This document shows, one piece after another, positions 43,272-53,962 of a stretch of 64,000 nucleotides of DNA. Source of the DNA: Myxococcota bacterium. GTDB taxonomy: Bacteria; Myxococcota; XYA12-FULL-58-9; JALHOP01. Position 1 is the stretch's first letter. Each line of letters begins with the position of its first letter. Position numbers and translations under genes: made by a program. Location of the stretch: contig JBGGMJ010000167.1 of NCBI GenBank assembly GCA_041288095.1, forward strand, positions 1-64,000, in the 5' to 3' direction. Below the pieces are notes generated by a model. It saw only the letters and a program-made list of their open reading frames with translations, ran no database searches and was not told the DNA's origin.

Positions 43272-44584
43272 AACGCCTAGCACTGGTCGTGCTGTTCGCC
43301 GCCGCTTGTAGCTCGGAGCCCAAAGGACCGGGACCTATCGTCGCGGCAACGGATGCCGCCGCTTGGCGCAAAGGAATTCTGCCCGCGGAGCTCGCCGATT
43401 TCGTGGTCGCGGTAGGCGAGGGCGCGAACGAGGACGCGGCGCGCACGGCCGCGACGCAGGCGCTCGAGCGGAAGATCTGGGGCGACGTGCCGGTCCCGGC
43501 GGGCCAGACGGTGCCGCGCTCGGACCTCCTCGAGAAGACCGATGCCGCCGATACCCACGCCGTTCTGCTGGCGGTCGACAAGTCGGTGCTCGCTCGACTC
43601 ATGCAGGCTCGCATCGACACCATCGGTTACACCGCCGACGACGCGAACGCGCTTTACGGCACACGGCTCGCCGTCGCTATCGCGAACATGGTGAAGGGCC
43701 GCGAGAAGCAGCAGGCATGCGCCTGGGTCTCGAGCTGCACCACCGACGAAGGTGGCGCCATGCGTGAAGCATTGCTCGCGCGGCTCGCGGAGCTCGAGCT
43801 TACGACGAGCGCGAATGGGGTGCCGTTTCGACGCGGGGTCGGCCCACTCAAGCCCGCGACCGTGATCGCGCGCTTGCGCAACAAGCCGACCGCTTCGGCG
43901 TACGGCATCACCTTGCGCGCTCTCGACGGGACGCAGCCGCTCGGCGGGCCGGTGAGCACCGCGAGTGACGGCTCGGCGCGGTTCGACCTCTCGGGCTGCG
44001 GCAGCATGCAGGCGCGGGTCATCCTCGATGCGCCGCAGCTCACCGACGTGGCGCTGCCCGAGGTCGCGCTGGCGCTGCGCGAGATCACCTCGAGCAACGC
44101 CCGCGTCGCCGTGCATCTCGACGTGACCGCGGACGACAACCGCGTCGCGCCCGACCCCGCTGTAAAGGCGATGATCGATGCCATCGCAGGCGCCGGCATC
44201 GCCAAGCCCGAGGCCCTGCCGCCGAGACTCAGTTCCGTGCTGGCCTCGCCACGTCAGACCGACCTCGCGCTCCGCGACATCGCCGAGCTCGCCGACGGCG
44301 CCATCGATGTCATCGTTGCCGGCACGGTGCAGACCGCTTTCGCGAACCGCATGGGCGCGCGCTCGGTGTGGCACCAGGCCAAAGCGAAGGTCGCGGTCTA
44401 CGATGTGTGGACGGGTACGCTCATCGCCGAGCACACGCGTGAGGCGCAGGCCGTCGGTCTGGGTGACGGCGCCGCGCAGGCCAAGGCCATCGCCGAGGTG
44501 AGCAAGCTCCTCGCTGTGGACATCAAGAACGATGTGATCGGACTGTCGGCGGGCGGCGCGGTCGCTAGTTCTGGGTCACGATGA
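43268..44584 (+). CDS. Hypothetical lipoprotein
   Basis: MKRLALVVLFAAAC lipobox; ATGA coupling; GGAGG RBS. Confidence 0.75.
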   Translation: MKRLALVVLFAAACSSEPKGPGPIVAATDAAAWRKGILPAELADFVVAVGEGANEDAARTAATQALERKIWGDVPVPAGQTVPRSDLLEKTDAADTHAVLLAVDKSVLARLMQARIDTIGYTADDANALYGTRLAVAIANMVKGREKQQACAWVSSCTTDEGGAMREALLARLAELELTTSANGVPFRRGVGPLKPATVIARLRNKPTASAYGITLRALDGTQPLGGPVSTASDGSARFDLSGCGSMQARVILDAPQLTDVALPEVALALREITSSNARVAVHLDVTADDNRVAPDPAVKAMIDAIAGAGIAKPEALPPRLSSVLASPRQTDLALRDIAELADGAIDVIVAGTVQTAFANRMGARSVWHQAKAKVAVYDVWTGTLIAEHTREAQAVGLGDGAAQAKAIAEVSKLLAVDIKNDVIGLSAGGAVASSGSR

Positions 44585-45470
44585 GCTGGTCGTGGGCGAC
44601 GCGCATATCCTCCACCCCCATGGTGTAGACGGTTCCGCAAAAATCGCAGGTGACCTCGACAGGTGCGCCGCTGGTGATCATCTCGGCGAGGTCGCCGGCC
44701 GTGAGCATCTTGAGCGCGCCGCGCACACGTTCGATGGAGCACCGGCACTTCCAGCCGAGCTCGCGCGGCTCTTCCACGCGCTCGGCGTCGGGCGCCACTT
44801 CTTTGAGCACCGCGAGCACATCACCTTTGTGAGCGAGCAAACGCTTCGCTAGCTCGCCATCACGGAGCTTCGCGGCGATCTCTTGGAGCGTCGCGACGTC
44901 ACCGTGCGGCAACGGCTGCATGATGATGCCGGCGGCGTGGCGAACAGCGAGCTTCTCGTCGAGGAGAACGTCGCAAGTGAGGCTCGTGACGATCTGGTCC
45001 GACATGCGTACCGCCGCCTCGACGTCCTGATCGATTTCGCCGCTGAGCAGGTCGGTCGTGCTTTGCACGTAGTCGGACCGCTCGGGCTCGCGGATCATCG
45101 AGCAGCTACCGGGGGCGATGGCGTGACCGACGCTGATGCGCAGCCGCGGGTCCTCGCCGGGCACCAACGGGAAGCCGACGTGCGAATTCTTCACGTAGCC
45201 GCGCAGGTTCCCCTCGTCGGTCATGTCGGCGAAGAGCTGCCGCAGCTGACCACGACCAACGACGTGCAAGCTCAGCAGCCCACGACGCTTTTGAACCGCC
45301 GAAACCAGCGCCGTGGCGGTGATGAGGCGCCCGAGCGCAATGCAGGCTGTCGAGCCCAGGTCGTGCAGGCGCTGCGCTTCCTGGCAGGTCAAGGTGGTGT
45401 CGGCGACGCCGATGACCACGCCCTGCGTGCGCAACAGCCAACCGTGGAAGGCATCGCGTGACATATCCAT
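44565..45470 (-). CDS. hslO: Hsp33 redox-regulated chaperone
   Basis: ALGRLITA, GNLRGY, SGEIDQD, SDQI, zinc motif CRC...CDFC. Confidence 0.92.
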   Translation of the reverse strand: MDMSRDAFHGWLLRTQGVVIGVADTTLTCQEAQRLHDLGSTACIALGRLITATALVSAVQKRRGLLSLHVVGRGQLRQLFADMTDEGNLRGYVKNSHVGFPLVPGEDPRLRISVGHAIAPGSCSMIREPERSDYVQSTTDLLSGEIDQDVEAAVRMSDQIVTSLTCDVLLDEKLAVRHAAGIIMQPLPHGDVATLQEIAAKLRDGELAKRLLAHKGDVLAVLKEVAPDAERVEEPRELGWKCRCSIERVRGALKMLTAGDLAEMITSGAPVEVTCDFCGTVYTMGVEDMRVAHDQLIVTQN

Positions 45471-45498
45471 CGCTGTATCATAAGAGCCAGCGAAGGCG

Positions 45499-46842
45499 AT
45501 GCAGGCTAACCGCATTCGTGATGAGCTCCGCGAGCTCGCCGGCCTGATGTTGCCGCTTGCCTTGGTTCAGGTGGGCTACACCGCGCTGGGTTTTGTCGAC
45601 ACCGCGATTGCCGGGCTCGACAGTGGTGTGACCATCGCTGGGGTCGGTCTGGGCGGCGGCCTATTTTACTCGGTGGCGGTCCTCGGCAGCGGGACGGCGT
45701 TGGTAGTCGACCCGCTGGTGTCGCAGGCTCTTGGCGCCGGTGACCGCGTGCACGCGCGCCGTGTCTTGTGGAACGGCATCTATCTCGCCGCCGTGATCAC
45801 GGTGCCGCTCACCATGGTCATGTTGATGACCGCGTTGTCGCTCACCACGTTCGGGGTGCAGCCCGAGGTCGCGGAAGGCACCTTCGCGTACCTTCTCGGC
45901 CGCGCCGTGTCGCTCTTCCCGCTCATCTGCGCCGTCACCATGCGCGGTTATCTCCAGGCCTCGGGGCATCCGAGAGCCATCCTCTGGGCCGTCCTGGTCG
46001 CAAACCTCCTCAATGGTCCGCTGAGCTATCTCTTTCTGCCGCGTTACGGAGCGCTCGGGGTTGGGGTTGCCGCGACCATCGGCACTCTCGGGCAGCTCGT
46101 GATCCTCGCGTGGGTGGTGTCGCGCGTCCCTGTGCCGGAGGGCACGGAAGAGCGTTACCGCCGCTTCGATCGCGTCCTCTTCGCGCAGCAGGTGCGCGTC
46201 GGCATGCCCATTGGCCTGCAGATGTTCGCCGAGATCGGCGCGTTCGTCCTGGTGGGAGTGCTCATGGCGCGGATCTCGTCGGTCGCCATCGCGGGCCACC
46301 AGGTGGCGCTCATGTTCGCCAGCATTTCGTTTTCGGTCTGCGTCGGCATGGGCTCGGCGACCTCGGTGCAGGTCGGACGCGCCATTGGCGCCGGCGATTC
46401 CGTGAAGACGCGGCGTGTGGGTATGCTTGGTCTCCTGCTCGGCGGTGTGATCATGCTCCTGCCCTCGGTGGTCATGACCGTTATACCGGACATCGTCGTG
46501 CGGCTCATGACGCGCGACCCCGAGATCATCGAGCAGGCCGCGATTTTCCTGCGCATCGCGGCGGTGTTCCAGATCGTCGACGGCGTGCAAGCCGTTGGCG
46601 CCGGTGCTCTGCGGGGTGCCGGCATGACCCGCGTGTCCTTCGCGGCGAACCTCGTCGGCCATTGGATCATCGGCATCCCGCTCGCGTTGCTCCTGACGTT
46701 CGGCTTGGACCTCGGCCCTGCCGGGCTCTGGTGGGGCCTCACCGTCGGGCTCGCCGTCGTGGCGACATGGCTCGCGGTCGCCTTCTGGCAAGCGAGCAAG
46801 CAGCCCATCGTCGCCTTGCGTCGCGATACCGCCCATGGCTGA
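45499..46842 (+). CDS. MATE family efflux transporter (NorM-like)
   Basis: GFVDT, SQALGAG, VGMPIG...E, AGHQVAL, FQIVDGVQ..GALRGAG. Confidence 0.92.
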   Translation: MQANRIRDELRELAGLMLPLALVQVGYTALGFVDTAIAGLDSGVTIAGVGLGGGLFYSVAVLGSGTALVVDPLVSQALGAGDRVHARRVLWNGIYLAAVITVPLTMVMLMTALSLTTFGVQPEVAEGTFAYLLGRAVSLFPLICAVTMRGYLQASGHPRAILWAVLVANLLNGPLSYLFLPRYGALGVGVAATIGTLGQLVILAWVVSRVPVPEGTEERYRRFDRVLFAQQVRVGMPIGLQMFAEIGAFVLVGVLMARISSVAIAGHQVALMFASISFSVCVGMGSATSVQVGRAIGAGDSVKTRRVGMLGLLLGGVIMLLPSVVMTVIPDIVVRLMTRDPEIIEQAAIFLRIAAVFQIVDGVQAVGAGALRGAGMTRVSFAANLVGHWIIGIPLALLLTFGLDLGPAGLWWGLTVGLAVVATWLAVAFWQASKQPIVALRRDTAHG

Positions 46843-47409
46843 GTGACCTGCGTGAGCATGCCGCCATTTCGATTCGAGCAGGTCCCGGGTGTCGAGCGCT
46901 TGAAGCCGCGCGAGCCGGCGGACGTGACCGGCGTCATCGTTCACCGCATCGAGGTGTCGCAGGAGGATCCGTCCTACGGCGACGCGCCCAGCGAGGTCGC
47001 GCGTTTCTTCCGCGAGCATCCGATCGGCGTGAAGGCCACCGGCGGTGACATGCCGTACCCGATCCTCGTCGACCGTGACGGCGGCGTTACGCAGACCGTG
47101 CCTTTGCGCTTCATCACGCCGCACGCTAAAGCGCACAACCCGGGTACCGTGGGCGTCGGAGTCATCGGCGATTTTCGCAAGGCACCGCCTTCGCCACGCC
47201 AGCGCGCCGCTGCTGTCGCCGTGTGTGCCGCGCTCCTCACGCGCTTCGCATTGAAAGTCGAGACCATCAGCGGACACGACGAGCTCCAAGGCGGCTCGAA
47301 CGACCCTGACAAGATCTGCCCAGGCCCGGGTCTCGCGCCCGCCGACGTCCGCGACGAGGTGCGAGCTTTCCTCGCGACCCACACCGCCGAGCTCGCGTTC
47401 GTATGGTGA
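46843..47409 (+). CDS. N-acetylmuramoyl-L-alanine amidase (Amidase_2/PGRP-like)
   Basis: VIVH, HAKAHN, VGVGVIGDF, GHDEL, KICPG. Confidence 0.82.
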   Translation: MTCVSMPPFRFEQVPGVERLKPREPADVTGVIVHRIEVSQEDPSYGDAPSEVARFFREHPIGVKATGGDMPYPILVDRDGGVTQTVPLRFITPHAKAHNPGTVGVGVIGDFRKAPPSPRQRAAAVAVCAALLTRFALKVETISGHDELQGGSNDPDKICPGPGLAPADVRDEVRAFLATHTAELAFVW

Positions 47410-48272
47410 AGAAGCGCGTCTTCCTGCTGGCCGGGATCATAGCCGCCGGCGCCGCGCTCTACGCCGCGAAGGTCGTGCAAGACCCGACACCGAAGCTCGG
47501 CTCGCAAGGCCTGCAACTCGTCGCCATCCCGTCGCTGGGCGCCGAGGTCTTCTACTTGGACGCCGCCAGCATCGTGAAGCGCGGCCCTCCTCGCATGCTC
47601 GTTGTCCGCTTTGCCGGACCTGTTGATTTGGTGCCGCATCACTTCGCCAAGGACGCAATGCAGCGCGCCGCGCCCATCGAGGAGTGGTCCGAGCGCCTGC
47701 AGGCACCGATCGTCTTCAACGCGGGACAGTTCGACGAGAAGCTCAATCACCTGGGCTGGCTCAAGGCCGACGGCGCCTGGCTATTCTCCGATCGCAAGTC
47801 GCAATGGAAGGGGCTCCTCGTCAGCGGTCCTGTTGAAGGCGGCGCTTTCGGCGGCATCATCGACCTCGAGCACGCGAGCCCCAACATCACAGACGCCTAT
47901 CTCCACGTCGTGCAGTCGATGATGCTCATCGACGAAGAGTCACAAGTGCGCGTCCGCGACACCGACAAGACCGCCTGCCGCACCGTGGTCGCGCAGGACG
48001 ACAAGGGGCGTTTGCTCATCCTCGTGTCCGAGGGTGCCATCACCCTTGGCGACCTGGCGCGTTGGCTCGGCGAGAGTAATCTCGGTATCGCCCGCGCCAT
48101 GAATCTCGACGGCGGCATCGAGGCGCAGATCGCCATCAGCACGCCGGAGCTCAAGCTCGCGCTCTACGGACAATACGGCACTGGAACCAACGTCTTCGAG
48201 AACGTCGGTCCCGTACGCTTCCCATTGCCAGCAGTGATTGCCGTAAGGGCGGCGAAAGTCCCCGCCAAGTAG
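47403..48272 (+). CDS. Phosphodiester glycosidase (NAGPA-like) family protein
   Basis: FNAGQF, RTVVAQDDKGR, AMNLDGG. Confidence 0.78.
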   Translation: MVKKRVFLLAGIIAAGAALYAAKVVQDPTPKLGSQGLQLVAIPSLGAEVFYLDAASIVKRGPPRMLVVRFAGPVDLVPHHFAKDAMQRAAPIEEWSERLQAPIVFNAGQFDEKLNHLGWLKADGAWLFSDRKSQWKGLLVSGPVEGGAFGGIIDLEHASPNITDAYLHVVQSMMLIDEESQVRVRDTDKTACRTVVAQDDKGRLLILVSEGAITLGDLARWLGESNLGIARAMNLDGGIEAQIAISTPELKLALYGQYGTGTNVFENVGPVRFPLPAVIAVRAAKVPAK

Positions 48273-48412
48273 CTGCTTGCTGCCGTCCGCTATTGCGGTG
48301 CCTGTGAAGCGTGATCCGCGTCACGCCATCGCGGCAGGGCTTCGCTGCTATCCAGCGCCGCGACCGACCGGTTATCTATGCTCTCTCACGCAAACCTGGA
48401 GCCGTTTGTCCC

Positions 48413-48901
48413 ATGCTTACTCAAATCATTCCGTTGGTCGTCTTCGCGGCAATTGGCTACTTCGCCTTTACTCGTATGAAAGCGATGAAGGGGTCGGCTG
48501 GCGGTAGTTACGAGGCTGAGCGCGCCCGCTTGGCCGCGGAGTTCGCGGCGCTTCGTCAACCCGGAGAGAACGACGCCGCGTTCGTCGGAGTTGGAACCGG
48601 CAAGACCATCGGCAAGAACCGCCAATTCTATATCGCGCTCACCAACAAGCGCTTGTTGCTGAACGAAGTTGGCTCGCCGCAAATGCTCGCCTACGACCGC
48701 GGTGCCGTCGGCGTGAGCGCGAAGAAGGCCAAATGGACGACCACCGGCAACATGCAGACGACGACCACGTATGGCTACGATGTCGACGTGAAGCTTCCCA
48801 GTGGCGAGTCGCACGCGCTTCGCTTGTACGCTGAGTCGCCGTACGACACCGGCCACGCGCCGGCAATGAGCACCTTCTTGCGCGAAGTTGGTGCGGCCTG
48901 A
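48413..48901 (+). CDS. Hypothetical single-TM protein
   Basis: N-terminal TM; IALTNKRLLL PH-like strand. Confidence 0.6.
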   Translation: MLTQIIPLVVFAAIGYFAFTRMKAMKGSAGGSYEAERARLAAEFAALRQPGENDAAFVGVGTGKTIGKNRQFYIALTNKRLLLNEVGSPQMLAYDRGAVGVSAKKAKWTTTGNMQTTTTYGYDVDVKLPSGESHALRLYAESPYDTGHAPAMSTFLREVGAA

Positions 48902-48906
48902 CGGCG

Positions 48907-49194
48907 TTGAAGGGACTCTTGACCGCAATCGTCGGCGTTACTCTCATTGCCTGCCAGGGCGAGAGGGTAGGCGACGATTGCGGACGCTTCTTCTCGAACG
49001 GTTGCAAGGCCCCACTTTCATGCGTCGACGTGGACGACAAGAAAGTCTGCGGTGGCGGCTGTGATTGGCTGACACCGGAGAACGACAAACCCGGTTACGG
49101 GTGCAAGAGTCCCAACCTGAAGCCCATTGAGGTGCAGTACACGAGGAACGGCGCCGCGCTTGGAAGCGCGGGATGCTACTGTGTCCCTGATTAG
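48907..49194 (+). CDS. Small Cys-rich lipoprotein
   Basis: TTG start; lipobox LIAC; 8 further Cys. Confidence 0.6.
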   Translation: MKGLLTAIVGVTLIACQGERVGDDCGRFFSNGCKAPLSCVDVDDKKVCGGGCDWLTPENDKPGYGCKSPNLKPIEVQYTRNGAALGSAGCYCVPD

Positions 49195-49214
49195 CCCAAC
49201 CCTGGAGGCTTGGC

Positions 49215-49940
49215 GTGACACTCCTCTGCCTCGTGCAGCTCGCGCTTCTTACCGCCGCGGACCCGACCGTCAGCATCACCTGGGATCCCGATATGGCGGA
49301 CGACATCAAGCGTGGCGGCTATGACGTCCTCATCAGCAAAACCCTGAACGAGGCCACGGGGGCCGTGACCCGTGTCGTCGGCGTGCCGCTCGCCGCTCCC
49401 ATCGAAGCGAAGGTGTACGCCTCGCGTGCCTACGAGCGTGCTTTCGGCGCCGCGAGCGCGGGCCGCTGGTGGGCGCACTACAGCCAGGGCAAGATCCACA
49501 TCAACGGCGGGCTTCCCATCAACGCGGCGTTCAAGGGCTTGCTCGTGCACGAGCTCACGCACGCTGTCCTCGATAGCCAACATCACGGTGGCGCCTTTCC
49601 GGTCTGGCTCAACGAAGGGCTCGCCGAGTATCTGCAGCGCGAGGCCCTCGGGCGCACGGACATCGATGCCGTGCAACGCGTGCTCCTGAAGGACGCGCTC
49701 CGCAAAAGCGAAATAGGCGCGCTCTCGACGCTGCGTCAGCCGCTCGAGGCCAACGCCTATCTCGCGAGCTTCGCGGCCGTGTCGCTGCTCATGGAGCAAT
49801 TCGGTCGCGTGAAGGTTTTGGAGCTCTACCGAAGCATCGCCACCGGCACCAAGCCCGAGGACGCTTGGAAGAAGCTCGGTGCCGACCCCGATGCCTTCAG
49901 CAAGACCTTCACCAAATGGGTGGCGGACTACAGCGGCTGA
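49215..49940 (+). CDS. Zinc metallopeptidase (MA clan-like)
   Basis: VHELTH...PVWLNEGLAEY; signal-like N-terminus. Confidence 0.8.
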   Translation: MTLLCLVQLALLTAADPTVSITWDPDMADDIKRGGYDVLISKTLNEATGAVTRVVGVPLAAPIEAKVYASRAYERAFGAASAGRWWAHYSQGKIHINGGLPINAAFKGLLVHELTHAVLDSQHHGGAFPVWLNEGLAEYLQREALGRTDIDAVQRVLLKDALRKSEIGALSTLRQPLEANAYLASFAAVSLLMEQFGRVKVLELYRSIATGTKPEDAWKKLGADPDAFSKTFTKWVADYSG

Positions 49941-49959
49941 CCACCGTGCCGCGAGCGAG

Positions 49960-50703
49960 TCAGGGCGTCGCGAGTGCAAGCACCTGGTCCGCGAGCATCG
50001 GCATGATCTCCGCCGCCTTGCCCACGAGCTGGGCATCGAACGTGCTTGTCGTGCGCTCGAGGTTCACTTCGACGGTGAACGCGCCCCGCGCTTGCGCGAG
50101 CGCCGCGAAGCCCGCCGCCGGATAAACCACGCCGCTCGTGCCGATGCTCATGAAGACCTCGCACTCGAGAGCCTCGGGGATCACGTCCTCCATATAGAAC
50201 GGGATCTCTCCGAACCAGACGATGTGCGGGCGCATACGGCCGCTACAGCGGACACAGGTGTCGGCGATGGACAGCGCCTTGCGCCATTCGAGGACGGTGC
50301 GACAATTGGCGCAGCGCACCTTCACGAGCTCGCCGTGCATGTGCCAGGGCCTCGTCGAGCCGGCACGCTCGTGCAGGTCGTCGACGTTCTGGGTGATGAG
50401 CGCGAACCGGCCGCCGAGCGCGTTCTCGAGCTTGGCGATGGCGTGGTGCGCGGCGTTCGGGTGCACGGTGGGGAGCTTTTCGCGGCGTTCGTTGTAGAAC
50501 ATGTGCACGAGCTCAGGGTTGCGGGCGAAGGCTTCCGGAGTCGCCACCTCCATGATGTCGTGGGAGCCCCAGAGGCCGCCCATGTCGCGGAAGGTGGGAA
50601 TGCCGCTCTCGGCGGAGACACCCGCGCCGGTGAGGATGGTCAGCTTGCCGCCGCCCTCCATGCGCTCGGCCATGTCTTTGGCGACTTGGTCGATATCGGT
50701 CAT
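49960..50703 (-). CDS. cobB: NAD-dependent protein deacylase (sirtuin)
   Basis: GAGVSAESGIPTFR, TQNVDDLHERAG, HG, RPHIVWFGE, GTSGVVYPAA. Confidence 0.95.
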   Translation of the reverse strand: MTDIDQVAKDMAERMEGGGKLTILTGAGVSAESGIPTFRDMGGLWGSHDIMEVATPEAFARNPELVHMFYNERREKLPTVHPNAAHHAIAKLENALGGRFALITQNVDDLHERAGSTRPWHMHGELVKVRCANCRTVLEWRKALSIADTCVRCSGRMRPHIVWFGEIPFYMEDVIPEALECEVFMSIGTSGVVYPAAGFAALAQARGAFTVEVNLERTTSTFDAQLVGKAAEIMPMLADQVLALATP

Positions 50704-51479
50704 GGCTTCGGCAAGCGCTCGCTTTCGGGGATGTTAGCCTCCCACGCCAGGTATAGCGCATGACCGTCTCCGTGGGGCGTGAAGGTCGAGCCCGCGATCG
50801 CGCCGAAGGCGTGTCCGCCCAAGCGTTGCAAGGTCACGCGTAGATGCTCACGGTGATCGACCAGCCAGAACGACGGCGTCGCGAGCTTGCCGTCGTGCAT
50901 GGCGAAAGCGGGGCCAACGAAGGCGGTCTCGCGCGTGATGTAACTGCGTCCGCCGTTGCTGACACCAGGGGTCGCGACCGCTTCGATGGCGATGCCGTCG
51001 ATGACGATGCGGGCGCCGGCGAGCACCGGCTGCAACGGGTTGTCGCGTTTCTTGCGGGCGTGCAGGCGGCTCCATAGCCGCGCGATTGGCGCGCGTACCA
51101 CGCTACTGCCGCGCACCAACGCCTCGTCGCCCTCGCCCAAGTAGACGGGCGCATCGCGCAGGGCGTCGAGCCCCGCGACAGTGAAAGGGTGTGGGCTGGT
51201 GATGAAGACGGCGTGGATGTCGGCGGCACTTTGCTTCGTGCGCGCTAGCTCCTCGAGGATGCCGCGCGCGTCGCTGTCGCTGCCGGCGTCGACGAGCACG
51301 ACGCCGGTGTCGCCCCGCAAGACGTATGCGTAGCTCTTGCCCGTCGCCACCGCGACGATACCCGGGGCGACCTCGACGCGGGCCTGCCCACCGACGTCAC
51401 GGAGCTCCGTCGCCATGAGTCCGAGGCCGGCGACGAGTAGCGCCGTCAGCGTAGCCAGTGCAAACACTCCCCAGCGCAT
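50700..51479 (-). CDS. Metallo-beta-lactamase-fold protein with degenerate metal site
   Basis: VLVDAG, ITSPHPFTVAG, ATPGVS; N-terminal TM. Confidence 0.7.
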   Translation of the reverse strand: MRWGVFALATLTALLVAGLGLMATELRDVGGQARVEVAPGIVAVATGKSYAYVLRGDTGVVLVDAGSDSDARGILEELARTKQSAADIHAVFITSPHPFTVAGLDALRDAPVYLGEGDEALVRGSSVVRAPIARLWSRLHARKKRDNPLQPVLAGARIVIDGIAIEAVATPGVSNGGRSYITRETAFVGPAFAMHDGKLATPSFWLVDHREHLRVTLQRLGGHAFGAIAGSTFTPHGDGHALYLAWEANIPESERLPKP

Positions 51480-51502
51480 GCCGGAAGAGCTGTAACGTGC
51501 CT

Positions 51503-52516
51503 TCAGTCGCCGTGCAAAGTGGTGCCGAAAACGGTGACTTCGTTCTTGTTGGCGGCGAGCTGACGGACCTGGGCGCGCACAGGGTGTTTGGCGAGCAGGG
51601 CACGAGCGTCGCGGACGGCGGCGAAGGGATCGTCACCCTTGAGCTTCAAGGTGACGCAGAAGCGCCGGCAGTGCTTGGCGCCGAGCCAGGTGTCGAGCAT
51701 CTCGAGGGAGCGTTCCGGCACCGCGGCGACATCGCAAAGCAGCCAGTCGACGGGTTCCTCCGGCGTGTAGCGAAAGGCATCGCCACGCTCGAAGACGACC
51801 TGTGGGTGCCGCATCAAGTCGTCTCTGAGCGGGCTGCGGTCGACGCTCACCACGTGAGCCCCACGGTCCGCGGCAATGAACGTCCAACCACCAGGGGACC
51901 CTCCCAGATCGACGCAGCGTTGTCCCTCGCTGATGCGCTCGCCCAGGTGGAGCTCGGTCTCGAGGAGCTTCTTGTACGCTCGCGATGGCGGACGTTGATC
52001 GTCAGGCGTGGGCGCGACGCCTCCTGGGAAGCGGCTGAGTGTTTCACCGACCACGCGTTCGTCGGCGGGACGGGTCGCGGACCAGTAGGCCGCGTCCGGG
52101 GCCACGGCGAGCACTTGGAACAACGCTTCGCCGTCGACCCGGGGTTGCGCTAGCTCCTTCACGCGCGTCCGCTTCAGCCGACGTTGCTTCTTCTGCAGGA
52201 GCTCCTCGATAGCGTGCTCGACCAGGAGGCAGCGGCGCGGGGACACCGGTGGGCCCTCCTCGGGATGCGTGAAGACGTGCAGTCGCCAGGGCCCGTCGTG
52301 ATGTTCGAAGCTCTCGAGTAGCGCCTCGAAGGACTGGCGGGCGAGCTGGCTTACGGATTCGGCGGTCAGGAGCGCGGGCCGCACCAGACATTGACTCGCG
52401 AAAGCGAGGCGGGCCGGGAGCGCCGCTTCGTTTTCGTCCAAGTCCGACGCGATGACGCCCGGCGCCAGGGTGCGATGTGCGCTCGCTGGATAGGCGTCCA
52501 TGAGCTCGCGCCCCAA
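51503..52516 (-). CDS. RlmM/FtsJ-like rRNA 2'-O-methyltransferase
   Basis: PSRAYKKLLE, VDLGGSPGGWT, VDWLLCD; start uncertain. Confidence 0.8.
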   Translation of the reverse strand: MGRELMDAYPASAHRTLAPGVIASDLDENEAALPARLAFASQCLVRPALLTAESVSQLARQSFEALLESFEHHDGPWRLHVFTHPEEGPPVSPRRCLLVEHAIEELLQKKQRRLKRTRVKELAQPRVDGEALFQVLAVAPDAAYWSATRPADERVVGETLSRFPGGVAPTPDDQRPPSRAYKKLLETELHLGERISEGQRCVDLGGSPGGWTFIAADRGAHVVSVDRSPLRDDLMRHPQVVFERGDAFRYTPEEPVDWLLCDVAAVPERSLEMLDTWLGAKHCRRFCVTLKLKGDDPFAAVRDARALLAKHPVRAQVRQLAANKNEVTVFGTTLHGD

Positions 52517-52565
52517 GAGCTCGTCGCGTCCAGCGAAGGCGAGATGCAGGCGAGGGACCGTGGTC

Positions 52566-53159
52566 TTAGCCCGCGAGATGGCGCATCAGAGCCTGCAAGG
52601 CCTTGGCGCGGTGACTGACTGCGTTCTTCTCGGCCGGACTGTACTCGGCGAACGTCCGCGTCGAACCGACGGGCTCGAACATCGCGTCGTAGCCGAAGCC
52701 GAAGGTGCCACGTTCACTCGCGGTGATCGTGCCCTTCACTTCACCGCGGAAGAAGAGGGGACTTTTGCCCTTCTCGACATAGGCGAGGACGCAGATGAAG
52801 CGCGCCTTGGGTTTCTCGTGTCCCGCAAGCGCCGCGTGCAGCTTGACCCGGTTGGCCGCGTCTTGCTCGCCGCGCTTGATGCCGCCGCCGGCGTATCGCG
52901 CCGAGTGGATGCCGGGCGCTCCGCCCAAAAGGTCGACCACGAGGCCCGAGTCGTCCGCTAAAGCGGCATCATCGGTCCACTGGTGGATGGACCGAGCCTT
53001 CTTCTCGGCATTGGCCTCGAAGGAATCGCCGTCCTCCTCCACCTCGAACTTCGGCAGATCATCGAGGCCCAGCACCTCGACACCGACCGGGCTCAAGATC
53101 GCGCCAATCTCGCGCACCTTGTACGCGTTGTGAGTCACCAGTCGCAGTCGTCGGTTCAC
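52566..53159 (-). CDS. rdgB: Non-canonical purine NTP pyrophosphatase
   Basis: [39 protein letters not shown]-coupled to rph. Confidence 0.95.
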   Translation of the reverse strand: MNRRLRLVTHNAYKVREIGAILSPVGVEVLGLDDLPKFEVEEDGDSFEANAEKKARSIHQWTDDAALADDSGLVVDLLGGAPGIHSARYAGGGIKRGEQDAANRVKLHAALAGHEKPKARFICVLAYVEKGKSPLFFRGEVKGTITASERGTFGFGYDAMFEPVGSTRTFAEYSPAEKNAVSHRAKALQALMRHLAG

Positions 53160-53902
53160 TTGGCCTCGATGGTTGTCCCGGAAGCTCCTAGTTTTACCTC
53201 GACGGCGCGCCGTTGCACGTCCGTGATGATCGGTAGCGATTGCAGGGCGTATTCGAGCATGGTGTCGAGCTGCGCCTTGTTGAAAGGGTTGCCTTCGGCC
53301 GTGCCTTGCACTTCCACGAGGTTCCCGGCGCCCGTCATCACCACATTCATGTCGACGTCCGCTCGAGCGTCCATCGAGTAGTCGAGATCGAGCTGCGGCG
53401 TGCCGTCGATGACACCCACCGAGATGGCGCAGACCGTGTCGCGCAGCGGGTTCTTGTTGAGCTTGCCTTCCTCTTTGAGCCACTGCACGGCGAGCGCCAA
53501 GGCGACATAACCGCCGGTCAGCGATGCGGTGCGGGTGCCGCCGTCGGCCTGGATGACGTCGCAGTCGATGGCGATGGTGCGCTCACCGAGCTGCGGCATG
53601 TCGACCACGGCGCGCAGACCGCGGCCGATGAGACGGCTGATCTCCTGGGTGCGACCGTTGATCTGGCCCTTGTGCGCGTCGCGCTGGCGGCGCGTGTTGG
53701 TGGCGCGCGGCAGCATGTCGTACTCGGCGGTCACCCAACCCTGGCCCTTGTTCATGAGCCACGGCGGCACCTTTTCCTCGATGGAGGCGGTGCAGATGAC
53801 CTTGGTCGAGCCGAGCTCGATGAGCACGGAGCCTTCCGGATGCTCGAGGTAGTGGGGGGTGATGCGCAAAGAACGGAGCTGGGTAGCGTTACGACGTGGC
53901 AT
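53156..53902 (-). CDS. rph: Ribonuclease PH
   Basis: [48 protein letters not shown]. Confidence 0.97.
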   Translation of the reverse strand: MPRRNATQLRSLRITPHYLEHPEGSVLIELGSTKVICTASIEEKVPPWLMNKGQGWVTAEYDMLPRATNTRRQRDAHKGQINGRTQEISRLIGRGLRAVVDMPQLGERTIAIDCDVIQADGGTRTASLTGGYVALALAVQWLKEEGKLNKNPLRDTVCAISVGVIDGTPQLDLDYSMDARADVDMNVVMTGAGNLVEVQGTAEGNPFNKAQLDTMLEYALQSLPIITDVQRRAVEVKLGASGTTIEAK

Positions 53903-53962
53903 GGTGGCGCGTTGTGCCGAAGATTCGCGTGCTAGGCAACGCGACAGCTATGCTTGGCCGGC

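Noticed and set aside
45661..47382. 573-aa antisense ORF and similar long antisense ORFs (2025-3287, 8062-9180, 26833-28416, 40585-42081)
   Set aside because: They mirror well-supported genes on the opposite strand, an expected artefact of GC3 bias
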